DNA of 64,000 nucleotides, taken from contig CM052818.1 of the NCBI GenBank assembly GCA_028534125.1, positions 12,278,001-12,342,000 on the forward strand, read 5' to 3'. Every line of letters starts with the position of its first letter. Within the stretch, counting starts at the first letter, position 1. The position numbers and the translations under genes were made by a program. This stretch comes from Lama glama. Lineage: Eukaryota. This document shows, one piece after another, positions 1 to 13,730 of the stretch. A model generated the notes under the pieces. It searched no databases. It saw only the letters and a program-made list of their open reading frames with translations, and was not told the DNA's origin.

Positions 1-769
1 ATGTGGCTAGGGTATAGTGAAAAGGCTGGTAGGTTAGGAACACCGAGATCCTTGGATTTTTGTGTCTTTAGGTCATGCAAAAATCTCAGCAATAAACCAG
101 GTACTGAGTCCTAGTGTACATACTTGAATTTTGTTTCTTTCATGTGCCTTTTTTGATTAAAAATGTGTTACTAAATTTAGTTTTGTTAACTGTTGGTAAA
201 GCCTTAAAAAGATGCATAACTGTCATTTTTTAAAAAATGAATTCATGGGGAAATATATTGTTATATTGCAGATTTCCAGTGGAAACCTGCAGATGCTCAC
301 ATAAGAAACATTCTTCCCACTCTTTTGAATAAACATGTTGCAAGGCCAGTACATTTGCATACCCAAGAGAATAATTGTTTCAAAGATATGGGCTGTGAAC
401 ACATGTGGTTGTCTACCAGATTATGAACACCAGACTTGAGACATACATTTTTCAGGTGTACAGCTTGAGGAAATTATTGAATACTCAGCACAAATGCTAT
501 GTCCTGGGGAATATTTGGAGAAATGTAGGTGCTACTGTATTTTGAATAATCATTCCCTTTAGCTCTCGTTGTGACTGATGGAAAATTTATTTTATTTTCC
601 CTTGACAAAGGGAAAACAAAATTGTAGCTATCTTACTGCATAGTTTGTTAAGCACTTTCCACTTTGTACTTACATTTCACAGATGTTCTGAAATGGTTAA
701 GCCCAAAGAGCATGTTTCAACTCATGAGTAACTTATAACAAAGTAGATTCCCATTAGTTGGTTTAAAAA

Positions 770-780
770 AATATATATAC

Positions 781-819
<39 letters not shown>

Positions 820-834
820 CTCATTGATAACATT

Positions 835-866
<32 letters not shown>
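770..866. repeat. (TA)n and (CA)n microsatellites
   Basis: TA run at ~770-817 and CA run at ~836-866, read directly. Confidence 0.95.
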
Positions 867-870
<4 letters not shown>

Positions 871-3800
871 CAAGCATCTTTATAGGCCAGTGTAATCCTT
901 TCTTTACGGGTGAGAAATTATAGTCACATACTAGGCCTGAATGTTTGATTTTTCATTTATCTCTAGTAATTAATTACAGTGGAGCTGACAGATGTTGAAA
1001 GATGTTTTGATATACATGAAGCTTAGCAGCTCCTGTAAATCTGAAGAAGTTCAAGTCCTCAACCTGATAACTTCAGAGTCTGTTATAACTTATGCTTATT
1101 AAATTGGCTCCAGGTTTTATTTTTCAGAGAAGTCCTCAAATAACTCCTTTTCCAAGATATGTGCAGTGTTAGCCAGACCTCCTCGCAGAGAACAGCTCTT
1201 TCAAATTGTCATGGTATGACTGGGGCAAACATACAGCCTGGTTTGCTCATGCTAGAAGTAATTAATACTAGTGCCCACTTTGTGCTCTCAAAAGGTGCAG
1301 ATTTGGATAATAAATTATATGCCCACACTAGATTTAAAAGGCCAAGATTCATAGTATTTGGAAGGAAGAAAAATTGGTGTGATATTACATATTCACGTAC
1401 TCTGCCCCTCACCAAGGAAAGTATTCCATTTGTCATCAAACGTTTTCCCCCTACTCTTTGGTTTGAAGGATGTCATTTCTGTTTTGTTTAGAAGTATATT
1501 CAGGGTGTTTTAGCTTGGCAATTGTAGAAAAAATTACAATCTTCTATAATTTAATTAATGAATGCTATACACACTTATCTCAGGATTTCCTATGGTAGAG
1601 TAAGGAAACCTCTTTATGTTAATGCGTTTTAATGGTTAATCCTGCAAAAATTTACATTTATTCTTTCACTATTATTTGCCTATAAATGTCTGCAAATATA
1701 AATAACCTACAGAAGATATCTTTGATATGCCAACTAAATATATTTGTGCGAGGATATTACTCCTGTGGAATGCTGTCAAAAGTTTTATAGTAACTAGCCA
1801 ATGATCTTTGTATTAATTTCCATATATCATCAGTCATTTAATTCTTACTTTAGAGAAAGGTATGCTCTTCTTTGGTGAGATTTACAGATAACTACATCTA
1901 TTTTCTAATTTGTTTTCTGTTTTATAGTAAAAAGTTTGATCTTTAGTTTCTCTATTCTGGAAATTGGATGATTAGAAAGCTGATTAGACATCAGATCAGA
2001 TGGGGCGTAGGAGGTATATCACAAAGTTCTCACAGTCTTTTTCAGAGTGTATGTCTTGTGTACACTTGAACAAACCAGAACTCTCAACTATCATAGGTGC
2101 TTTTGATGAGATGAAAAACATAGCAAGAACCACAAAGATTCATGAAAAAATAAGTTTTATGGAGCCAGATACATTTATCTGTATAGCCAGCCTGGTCTTA
2201 GCCTGGTCTTCTGTTCATCGATATGTAGACTAGTTTTGTATAACTACAATCATATTTATGAGCTTAGGAGACTAAAAGGGCCTCAATTAACATGTCCAGA
2301 AACTCTGTAGGTAATAGGAACAGTCATATTTTTAAAAAGATTTTAAACAAGGAAACTGAGCCATAAAAAAGAGTTACTAATAACCTTCAGTTAATTTTTT
2401 AAAATGTAAAGAAATCATTCAAGTCTGAAATCATTTCAGATAATTGTAGTTTTACTTTTTATTTTTTATTATTATTATAAAAATATCAGAAATAATGTAT
2501 TATTTGTTCTGTTAGGGTAAAAGTCAGTAGCCACCTATAGCGTGTGTATCTTCTACCATTAGATACTAAGCTTGGTCAGAATTCAAAGTGAACCTATGTG
2601 TTACTTTTTAAAATTTCTATAATTTGATTGTATCCTTTGTTAATGTTAGGCATGGATAAAAAAGAGAAGTACCATCTTTTAGTACGCTTATTTATTCTGT
2701 TTCCCACTCAATATTGTTTAGCTTTGGAGTATGTGTCAGGTGACAGGCAGGCTTATAAAAGAAATTATATTATATTAGGACTCTTGAAATTTCTTCTAAA
2801 TCTAGAAGTTAGGAATGAAAACGCTACATTCACTTTTTCTTATTTTTCCCCCATTGGAAGAAGACCCTTGATTGCTAACTTTCTCATTGCCAGGTAACAA
2901 ACTGTCCAGGTATCAATTTTTTTAAACAGCAAACAAGCATTTCTTTTTTCCTAGTCATGATCATTAGTAACTTTAAGATGATTTATCAGCTGTTGCCTTC
3001 TGTACTGCAGAAGTAGCCTTAAGTACTTGAAAATAGATGCTCACGTTTGATGATGTTATCCCCTAGCTTTCATGAACTTAACCGACGTGTAGCTAACAAG
3101 TCTTTATAGTTCCACGGCAAGTATATGCCATTACTGGTGAATGATTTCACAATCTGTAATACCACACGTGGTTTTGAGATCTTAAATCTTGAGCGTTCTC
3201 CTTTTGAGTCTCTCCTTTCCTGTCGTGCTCAGCATGAGTTTCCTGGTAGTCCAAATTCCTGCCACACCTAGTGAGTTTACCCCAAGTTTGTTCTGCTGTA
3301 AATGCCCAGAAACACTTCAGCTTGTGTCTTATTGTTACTGATGAATCACATTTACAAGGCTTTTGACTTTTTTTTAAGTTGAGTCTGAAATGGGAGATGG
3401 AAATCAAGGACCTGGCTATCACCCACCCATATCAGAAAAGTGAGGCATTTCTAAAACAGGAAATACATAAAACAGTGAGGAGATTGTTGAGTAGGGAGGC
3501 AGATTTAGATAAAATTCAGATACTTTTTTATTCCTGACATGGAATCTTGGCTAGGTGTAATTACCATAGGTTTGAAATCAAGCTCTGCCCCACATCTTCG
3601 GGTAAATGATTTCCCACATATATGGTTTGCCTTTTAATAGTTTTTGATATAGTATCTGTAATATTAAAACATCACTTTAATCCTCAAATTTGGTGATAAA
3701 TTTTTACACTACAGATTGCAGGAAACAGTGCGGGTTATATAATAATAACCCCCAAACAAGCAGGTATATTACAGAGAAACAGTAATAACATACAAGCGTG

Positions 3801-4329
3801 CCAGTTAACAATTTAAATGAAGTAGATACGTTTTTCTTAACACCTAATTGAGTATCCCAAATAGAATGCAACCCACCTATGTTGAATTCTTGATTAAGCC
3901 CTACCTTTTGAGCTTCCTGACAGTCTTGATTTGTGTTTACTCTAAGATAGACACTTTACTTCAAAGGTTAAATGTTTTCAGAAACCAGTTTTACATAGTT
4001 TCTAAATATTAAAGAATTACATAAATGTAAACTATTGTTTCCTTTCAAAATTGGTTTCACAAGAGCAGATAATAGATTTCCACTTTCAACTGCACAGCTA
4101 GATGTTTCTTTTATTTTTGAGTGTCCCTTCTCCTCAGCATTTCTTTCCACAGAATTTTGGAATTTTGTTCCTCTCATGTTTTATTGAAAAAGCTCTCTGC
4201 TATTATATCATTTCGTTTTCCAGTTTTATCCTTTTGTCTGAAGGCACATTGCAGCATGCCTGGTTTAAGGACTCTAGACAGTGAGAGAAATGGATAGCCA
4301 CAAGAGTATCTCTAGTCAAGGTTGAAAGA

Positions 4330-5030
4330 GAGCACATAGCTTTCTAAACCGAACGCCGTGAATGGGGGACATTTAGGTTATTGCCATGACAATCCTAATT
4401 GTTGGAACTTTATTCTTATTACGGTCTTTATTCAGTTGGATTCACCCGAACAGCACACATAGACGAGCCACTTTAATTTCTGGGCTGGTTTTGGAGAACG
4501 TGTAGCCAAGAATCATCATCTTTTTGTTGCGATAACAAAACACACGGTCAAGGGGGGTCTAAATGGAATTGCATTTCATAGGCCTGCAGAGATCGGTATG
4601 AAGGAAGACACGCTCTCTTTGACCCCCGGAGGCTCTCTCTCACAAATGACGGGGCTACATTTTAAATTACAGGAGGTTCCAATTACTGTGAAATTATGGG
4701 GCTCTGTGAGCTCCCTCTATGGGCTAATTTAACGTCTGCAAATTATCTTTTGTCTTCTTCTTCTTCGTCTTTTTTTTTTTTTTTCCTTCTTCTTCTTCCC
4801 ATTTTTCCCCCAACAAAGCCTCTGTGTGGCCTCTGGGATGGGGTGGCCGCCTAAGGGCCCTGAGGTTGTGCTCCTTGGAGCGTGTGCAAGATGGCTGCCC
4901 CAAGGCTGTTTGAAGCTGGCGCGTTTGAAGCTGCCGCGCGTGTTTGAAGCTGCGGCATTTGAAGCTGTCGGGCTTGAAGCTGGCGCGTGTGTTTGAAGCT
5001 GCGGCATTTGATGTTGCTGAGGACGTTTGT
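4330..5030. promoter_or_regulatory. Candidate enhancer-like element
   Basis: No recognisable transposon; locally retained CpGs; X-box-like palindrome (4380-4393), YY1-like CAAGATGGC (4887-4895) and the TTTGAAG array. Function inferred only. Confidence 0.5.
4909..5016. repeat. CpG-rich tandem motif array: 6x TTGAAGCTG plus a degenerate TTTGATGTTG
   Basis: TTGA(A/T)G starts at 4910, 4925, 4944, 4959, 4974, 4993 and 5008, separated by GC/CpG-rich spacers. Confidence 0.95.
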
Positions 5031-7954
5031 AAATTTGAGACAGACTTTAATATTGTTAGACGGTAGGGGAGTCCTTTTCAACCCCCTTTTCATTTTTTTT
5101 TTTTTACTTGAACTTTTAAAAAAGTTTTATTTAACTTTTTTTTTTCCCCAACTATTTTAACTACTTATGTCAGCCGAGGAATGCTGTGATTCACAGCCAT
5201 TATTGTAAGGAGGCTGTTATGTATTTTTAGTGCTGCTGGGACCATAGGAATTCTTGAGTGGCTTTGACTGGATACAACAATGTGGAGAATAATCCCAACT
5301 GTGAAAAGTGCTACTGTGGCCACCGAACAGTACAGAATAATTTTGAAAAAGGGCAGTCTCCTTGTTGCTTTTAGAAGAGGGCTGTGTATGCCCGCTGTTG
5401 CATTTGTAAGATTGACGAGTGTAGAGGTAGAACAAATGGATGTGAGAAGAAGTAGTTGGGGATGCAGAGGTGTAGGAATTAAATGTGCAGTTTTCCAGGA
5501 GCAAAGCATTTTCTAATTTCTTCCTATGATTTTTACTCCAATTTTTGTAAGAACTAGAGGGAAAGATGGATGTCGTTAGGAAATGAGACCACCGACCCTT
5601 TGAACAATACTGTAGAACCGCATGGTGCTTTTAATGGAGAGCGTCTACTTTGACAAAGTGAGAGAAGGGAATGGGTATTGCTGCTGTTGGAAAAGGAAGG
5701 AAAACAGATGGTTATCTTGTAGCTGTAGGTTGTGGTCTGGGAAACACGTGATTTGGAAGAACCCTAGGGGTGGAAGTGAAAAATGTGGAGAAGAATTTGG
5801 AAGGAATCATGAGTTGTCAAATCCAAAATGGATTGGATGAGAAACACTTTGGGTACCAAGTATTTCACTTAATTCCCAGCCTGGAGCAATGTCATGCAGT
5901 TGCATGGAGAGTTGAAGTAAGACATGTTCTATTGTTTTCTGTTGTTCTCTTCCGATAGTTGGTGTGGGTAAGAAAGCCACTTTGATGACCCTGCTGTCAG
6001 TGTTTCCCTTTGGAAGAAGAATGATCGCCCTCTTGAAAACTAAGTGATGATTTCTTGATATTGGTTATGTGTCAGGACTTGAACCTATTTACTTACATCT
6101 CCACCATAATTTGTTTTTTCATTGGGTAGGATACAAATTCTATAAAATATGTATCTGTTTTTTCAGCCATATTTGGGTTGTATATCTACCCAGGATTGAG
6201 GGGTTTTGTTCAGTATTTCATTCATTTTAGCAAAGCTCTACAGTTCCTTCAGTTCACAGGAAAAGCTCTATATTAAATACATATCATTAAAATCAAGTTA
6301 CTGCCTTTAATCTCTACAGAACTGGGTTTTATTCTAATAAATAATTTAAATGTGTGCTTTACCTACTTAAGAGTAAGATTTTCCTTGTACACTTTCTGAA
6401 TGATGAAAATATTTTCCACTTATTCATACGACTGGTGATCTTGGACTCTGTTTTCTTACAAATAATTGTTTTTAAGGATTTCCCTTCATTAGTTCAAGAT
6501 TCCTAATTTTGTAGGAATAGAATTTGCTAAATATTTTCCCTTGTATTGTATTTTCTTGCATTTTCTACTCCAATTTATTACTAGCTTCTTCAATTGTATT
6601 CCTTTTGCTCCACCTGTCTTTTCCATTCTATTAGCTAATCATCTATTTTACAGCATTATTATTTTACCAAATTTTATTTAAATTTCATATGTGCACTGTT
6701 GACACCATTCATTGAGAACTGAATCCTTGCAGATTATCAGTCTAATGTACTAATAATTAATCTATTATAACAAATTATTTTATAAGTTATAAGGCATTAA
6801 AAACTAAGTGACATGGAAAATACTATATAAAATTAGTGGCTTAGCATGTTTGACTGTTTTTAGCTATAGTATTTTCAGAACTTTGTTAAAAACTTTACAA
6901 AACTCAAGGAGCAAGGACATTACACACACATACATACAGGTCATGCCGTGCATATATATGTATACTTGTTTATTTTTTATTGTAAAATTTTACTGATCAA
7001 TTCAGATTTTTTCTCATTCTTCAACTTCTCTAATAGTCATTTGATCCATATGACTGCTTCTTAAAGCCCAGAGAGACTTTTTACAGAAGATTTTCCTACT
7101 CTTCACCTTAATATATAGTCCAGTAATGTACATTTGGTGACAGAACTGCTTGAGAATAAGTGAATGTATATGCTTTAATGAGAACTTCATGCGTTTTATT
7201 ATACATTTTTTCAGCATATTCAAAGAAAAGGGATAAATGTTGAAAATTGATATACCACATACAGTATGAAACTTCTGGAAAAGTTTAATCAATCTGGCTG
7301 CATGTTCCGCATCATTCTTGTTCCTTGCTAATTGCTTCTTATTTTTAGAATCTTTGATAGGATTTTTTTTTCACACAGTTTTCTTTTTGTTGTTGTTTTC
7401 ATTTTACTTAATTAAAATTAATTTCAGATAACTTTTCTTTTTAATAGAGTTACACTCATATGTGCTGCTTTCAACAAGCCCCACAAAATATAGGTTGTTA
7501 ACCCAAATAATGATTTATCTTTGTTGCCTCTCTATCTTTCTTTCTCTAAGCTGAGTGTTCCATCCTATATCTGTTTTCTCTCCTACCAGTGTTCTCTTCC
7601 ATCCTACCATGATGAAGTTTATAATTTGTATCCTGTGGTAGAGAAATAATGAGTAACTTCATGAGTGGGATCCAAGTTGAAAACAGCTTTTTCCCTCATA
7701 CAGCACCATGACCCTGTGTTTTTTTTGGGGGGTGGAGGGGAGCAACTCTTAATAATACTATCTCCATTATTAAGCCAAGTCAGTGTGTTTAGCCTTTCAT
7801 TCACAGTATCACCTAGGGTTATTGATCAACAATTGCATTGTTGATTTTTCTTTTCTTTCTCTAAATGTTTCATCAGTTATCCTCTTTTAAAGGAAAATAC
7901 CGATTAGAAATTTTATACATAAGATTAAAAATTTTCTTTTGTATTACTTCTGAA

Positions 7955-8670
7955 AATCAGCTTAATTGAGTTATTATTTACATACAGTGAAATTTACTAA
8001 TTTTGATTACATGATTCAGTGAGTTTTGACAAATATATTTAGGGTATGTAACCTCCACCACAATCATGATATTGAACATTTCCATCACCCCCCAAAAATG
8101 TCTCTCCTACTCTTTTGAGGTCAGTTTCCTTCTTTCATTCTCTGGCCCTGGTCCCCAGCAACCACTGATCTTCTTTCGTTGACTAGAATTTTGCCTTTTT
8201 TAAGAATTTTGTATCAATAAAATCATACAATGTGTGCTCTTTTGTGTCTGTCTTCTTTCATTTAGTGCAGTGTTTTTAAATTTCCTTCATGCTGTTGTGT
8301 GAATCAGTGGATCTTTTCATGATATCGCACTATATAGATACACCATAATTTGTTTATCCATTTGTCTCTTGATGATCTTTTTTTGTTCTTTCCAGTTTTT
8401 GTGACCATGGATAAAGCCACTGGAAACATTTGCATGCAGATTTTTGGTGTGAACCTGTTTTAATTTCTCTTGGGTAAATATATAGTAATAGGATTGCATG
8501 GTCACATGGTACACATATGTTCAGGTTTTTATTTTAAAAAACTAGACTGTTTTTGGGAGTGGCTGTGGTATTTTGCCTTCCCACCAGAAACACAGGAATG
8601 TTCCAGTTGTGTATCATCTTCACCAACACTTGGTGGTGTTAGTCTTTTTAGTTTCAGCCATTGTAGTGAG
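7955..8670 (-). mobile_element. Old L1 (L1M-type) 3' end
   Basis: Typical antisense L1 3' motifs: gagttttgacaaat, aacatttccatcacccc, gcaaccactgatct, caccataatttgtttatccatt, catcttcaccaacacttggt. Boundaries approximate. Confidence 0.85.
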
Positions 8671-11339
8671 TGAATATATTTTCTTTTCAACGTTTTTCTC
8701 CTATTGCAATAATTTACTTCTGTTTTTACCAACTTTATTATTACTAGTGTATCTACTGAATTGGATTATCTTTTACTTTTTTTCATATATTCTGTTCTTT
8801 GTAACCTTGTTCTTTTGAAGGCAACAAACATATTTTCATCTCTTGCTTTCTTTTAGTGTTTGGTAAAGGGAACTAAAATCCAAAAATATGAACTTATAAG
8901 TAGACCAGGGTCTTGAGTGAGCATGTTAATAGTTGGTTTTGCCTTTATCTTCTGAGAGCTAGGAATACAACATTTGAAGGTTACATCTGACGTAGTTTTA
9001 TTGATGTATTTAGTATCATAGAAATTACAGATAGGATTGCAGAGTTTAAATAATGACAACCTGATTTTTTAGCAACTAGATTTTAAAATAAATTTTCATG
9101 TATCTTCAACAGCTGAAGGATCACAATACAAGTCAGCCCTGTCATTTCCTAAAAGGGCTCTGTTTTTATTCTCTGCCTCATTAGAGAGCTTAGAGAACAA
9201 TGTACCATTGTCTGTTAAAGAAGCCACTTTTATTTAATCCAGTATCTACTTACATTTGTCAGACTTGGTGATTTTTCTAATTTTTTTTTTTTATAGCTCT
9301 AACTGTTCTCAGATTTCTGGCTTTGTTCCCTGGGTGTTAAAAGGACAAGTAGTCACTTTGTTAAAATCCTTCTTTAAAAATCTAGTGTAAATGAGAATCA
9401 TCATCATCTCTATTGCCCTATTCTTTTCCATATAAGAGTGTTTCATTTCAATATATGCTGGGACTCTGATTTTTTTCTCTAAGGCTAAGTTACTACTTCA
9501 GAATAATTACTTGGCTAAGTAAGAATGTTTTTCACCAAAGAGTTTATATAACAATCAAACTGAATGTTAATGAGTTGCATAGCTTTATATTCTCTTTTAT
9601 CAAAGAACCATACCTTATGAGTCAACTCTTATTTCAGAAAATGCTTATAAGATGCTCTTTAAACTTTGGTTAATGTGTATTTATTTTCTCATGATTTACT
9701 TTGTTGAGTTTTGTGTTTGAGGACAAATCAAATTTCTATACAAGTTTCTCAGTTTTGTCACTTTATAAATAAACGATATGATACTACAAGCTGAAACATA
9801 GTTGGTATTGAAATCATGAATTAACCCAACTTCTTGGGAAATTTACTTTTAGTTCATTGTAGAGTTTTCTGTTGAATTGAAGTTATTTTTTCGTGTCATG
9901 TTTTCCCATAAAAACACACATTGGATACTTTTGATTTTAAATCTGGTGTTATTTTATTGAAGAAAGACTTAGAGATGCAGATAATAGGTTAAATAATGAA
10001 GCTAGAGAATTTGGATATTTTTGGTTATCGTTTACCAACAGTTTTGAAAATCAGTGTCATGTCCCCCTATTTCTATGCTCAGTTAATAATATTAACTCAG
10101 ATTGTTAAATTTTACCTTAAAAATATTGTATATAAAGTATAGAAACTAGAATTATTTTTATATTTAAAGGAGAAAAGTTGAATGATGAAACAAGCTGGTG
10201 TCCAAAACAATTCAAAATTACTTTTACAAAGTTTATTGAAGTAACAATAGAATTATGCTTAGTATACTACAGTTGTTAAGATCAAAGATAAAGGAACACA
10301 GTATACAAAGTTTTTTAAGTGATAGTATGAAAATTCAGGGGTTGTTTCTTAGTTAATATTCTATATTCTACAAACATCTTGGTTTTGTGGGGGAACTAGT
10401 TGGTTTAAATACTGACTTAAACATTTCCTCAAACTTGAGATTCGTTTATATCTTCAGCTCCTTCGTATTTTGGTTTGGAGTTAATTGTAAGTATTCCTAG
10501 TACCTGTTCTTAGTATATCCAACAGATGCCTGAACATGCATATCTTTTACATTGGATTTATTTTTAGTTTTCTAGGAAGTCAGACTATGTTTTCTAAGGA
10601 CCATGCACTATGGATGTTTTGGTGTCAAAATCTCAGCAACCAGGGGTAATTCTGAGTATTTGAGTGCCCCCAAACCCCCAGGGAATTCTTGTATCTTACT
10701 CTTCTATAATAGATATCTTCTTAGTCTGGCCTAAATCCTCCCTGGCAATTTGCATCACAGGAATCCCCACATCTGTCGTATAGTAGTGTTGAATCCCAGG
10801 GAATTAAGCTCTCCCCTTAGGAGCTATTGCTCCATTCATGCTACACAGAGGGAGGGCATTCTTGCCTTCTCCCTAACCCCAACCCCACTGCCTAGCCAGG
10901 AGAATTATTCTTAATAGTGTGTGATCCAGAAAATTGATTAACTGTTTCAATACACTGTGCTTTTTAAATGTGATTCTTGTAAACTAGAACATTATGGTAT
11001 CATCCAATTTTAAATGGAAATCTTTCTGTGGGAATTTTAATATATGTGCTGTCTGATGATTTTTGAAAAGATGGATTTTGAATTTTATTTTGAGATTATC
11101 TCTAAGGAAATCTGTGAAAGAATATTAATTTACCTCTTTTATTGAATGCAGATAAGCGGCTATTTTGCTTATTTATTTTCCATGTTCTACTTTGGATTAT
11201 TTCATCATTGTCCTTGTGAAAAATTCATAACTTATTTATTGCTTCCAAATTATATGTGTCAGAATTGATTTTAAAATACCTTTTTAGAATAATTTCTTTG
11301 AGTTAACTGCTTTCATGTTTCTAAGAAGTTAGAAAAATA

Positions 11340-12250
11340 TATAACAAAAAGTCCCACTTAAGATACCATGAAAATGTAAAATGTCTTGATGTAACATTAA
11401 CAAGAAAAAAACCTATGGGAACTATATAATTAAAATGATAAAGTTTGCTGAGACCTAAAAGACAGTTTTACCAAATGAAGATGAAATATATTAAAAGATA
11501 TCTATTTATCCTCTATTAATTCTTAGAATTAATATCACCTAATAAAAATCAGAGTAAGTTTTTCTTTTTTTATTTGCCACAGTAAATCTAGTGTTTAATT
11601 CTAAGAATGAACAGGGGCAAACAGCCAGTAAAATTATCTTTTAAGTTATAAAACTACAATACTAAAGACAGTGTCATTTTGACAAAAACAATGGAAGAGG
11701 AGGAAATCAAGACAGATTCAAGTACATAAGACTTTATCGAGTTGGTATTATAAATCAGTGGAAGGATGGTCTATCTAAGATGTGGCCCAGGGACGATGAT
11801 TTAACATGTGTAAAAAAAATTACACCTAGTCTCACCTCATATCATATGCCAGTATAAATTACAGATGAGTTAAAAAGAACTGTAAAATAAAAATGAGATC
11901 TCTAGGAACTGTAAAAAATGGGGTTGATTATCTGATTTAGTAATGATGAATAGTTTAAGCATATAAAATAATGAAAAAAATCACAAAGGGAAAAGCCATA
12001 GATTTGACTACAGTAAAAAAAATTAATAATTTCTGAATGACAACAACAAGAACAACAAATCTGGTTTAAAAACCCAAGAAAAACTATTAGCAGCAGCTGT
12101 GTCAGAAATTTTATATCTTTATGGTCAAAGACCTCATGGAAGTTAATACATAAAATGCTTTTTTAAAAAAAGGAACAAGTACAGCTTTTAGATGCTTCTC
12201 GAAAGATTTCTAACATAGTAAAAAAAAAAATTCAGCTTAATTTGAAATCA
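11340..12250 (+). mobile_element. Degraded L1 ORF2 region (L1ME-like)
   Basis: A-rich sequence with decayed L1 motifs (ataaaactacaatactaaagacagtgt, aaatcagtgg, atagatttgactac). Confidence 0.6.
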
Positions 12251-12254
12251 AAGA

Positions 12255-13180
12255 TTCTTACCCATAACCACACCACTCAAAATTAGCCAGGCTTGTTGGT
12301 ATTTTGGTGAATATTTGGTGGATATTTTTGCAGTCTTTGTGATCTATCATACGTCCATCTATTAATTGACCTATTCATTTATTCATCCATATTCTTACTT
12401 TTATATCTATTTACTTAGCCATTCATTTGCTCATACATAAATGTGATATATCGTGATTTTTTTTCTAAAAGAGATCATACTGCACATGTTACTTTTAATT
12501 TTTTCCAATTTGATATATTTTTAGTGTTTTCCCATGTTGTTACATATTCTTCTTCTACCACATACTAACACTTTGCATAGTATTACAGTGTGTGGATGTA
12601 CCATGGCTTATTCAACCAAGCCTTCATACCGGGCATTTAGGTTGTTAACAGTTCGAACAGTGACACACTAAACACCATTGTACAGATCAGATTATTTTCT
12701 AAGGGCAGATTTTGAAAGATTGAATTTGCTATTGGCAAATATTGCAGGTTTTTGTTGCATGTTGCCAAACTATTCCTCAGAAAGACTTTAACTTTTACCT
12801 TTCCATCAGCAATGCATCAAAAGTAATTGTTCTCACATTCTTACAAGCACTGGTCAATATAGTTAACGTTTTATAGAAGTTAAAAAGAGTGGCAATATTA
12901 TGCTTTTACTTTGCATTTTTTGACTAGAGTGATGAAATTTTTTTCTGTTTTTTTATAGACACTCTTCTTTTGTGAATTTCCTAATCCACTCATTTTCTAT
13001 TGACATATTAATCTTCTCAGTATTGATTTTTAAGTTATATTTGGATTTAAGATAAATACGCCTTTTGATAATATAGGTTTTTGAAATATGGATACATTTA
13101 AAAAATTTTTGATTAGCCAATTTTTCTCATATGATTTCTACTTTCATTGTCATGATTATGAATACTCCTACCAGATACCA
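12255..13180 (-). mobile_element. Old L1 (L1ME-like) 3' region
   Basis: gcatagtattacagtgtgtggatgtaccat, gggcatttaggttg and ttccatcagcaatg are decayed antisense L1 3' motifs. Confidence 0.65.
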
Positions 13181-13730
13181 GGATTATAGTAACAAAAATG
13201 AGAGGATATTTTGATTCATCTATGCCATTTTTCTCTAGGTTGATAGTTGAATCTTTCATTATGGAAAGCATGATCAATGGAATTTTTTAGTGTAGAGCCT
13301 TAGAGGAAAACTCAGGACCACCTGGTTTTTCATTAAAATAATTTCTGTGAAAGGATTATATTGTGAATATTAACTCCCAGTGACTTCCATCTTAGTACTA
13401 AAAAATAGACTGATTGGAAGAATTGAATTGTGCTAAGATTTTATTTTTAATGATACTGCTTTTATATACAGAGCTGAATTATTCTGGGTTAAATAATTAT
13501 CAATATGCTATTTTAGCAACTTATCTGAGTTTTTGTTCTGGGAGGAAATTTTGTTCCTGAACATTTAAGTTTAGAAGGTCAAATTAAAGTAGAAGATATT
13601 GCTTTGATTTTTAGAGGAGCAGATCTATATTGATTAGGTAAGAAAATTTCAGAAGCTGAAGGAAGGAAGGGGAGCCATTCAACAGTTACTAAATAAGTAA
13701 ATTGAAGGCATATAATAACTACTATGAAAG

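Noticed and set aside
3147..3422. Minus-strand 91-aa ORF with an acceptor-like catttacag
   Set aside because: No recognisable homology and no clear partner donor or neighbouring exons.
4909..5016. CRISPR-like repeat-spacer appearance
   Set aside because: Repeats are 10 bp, spacers are 5-9 bp and related to one another, there are no cas genes, and the context is mammalian.
4729..5093. Minus-strand ORFs of 92 and 80 aa
   Set aside because: They are translations of the tandem array and T-tract (poly-K/R), with no recognisable protein features.
11340..13180. Convergent L1 fragments as one inverted element or a dsRNA stem
   Set aside because: They appear to cover overlapping L1 coordinates and are highly diverged, so two independent old insertions are more likely.
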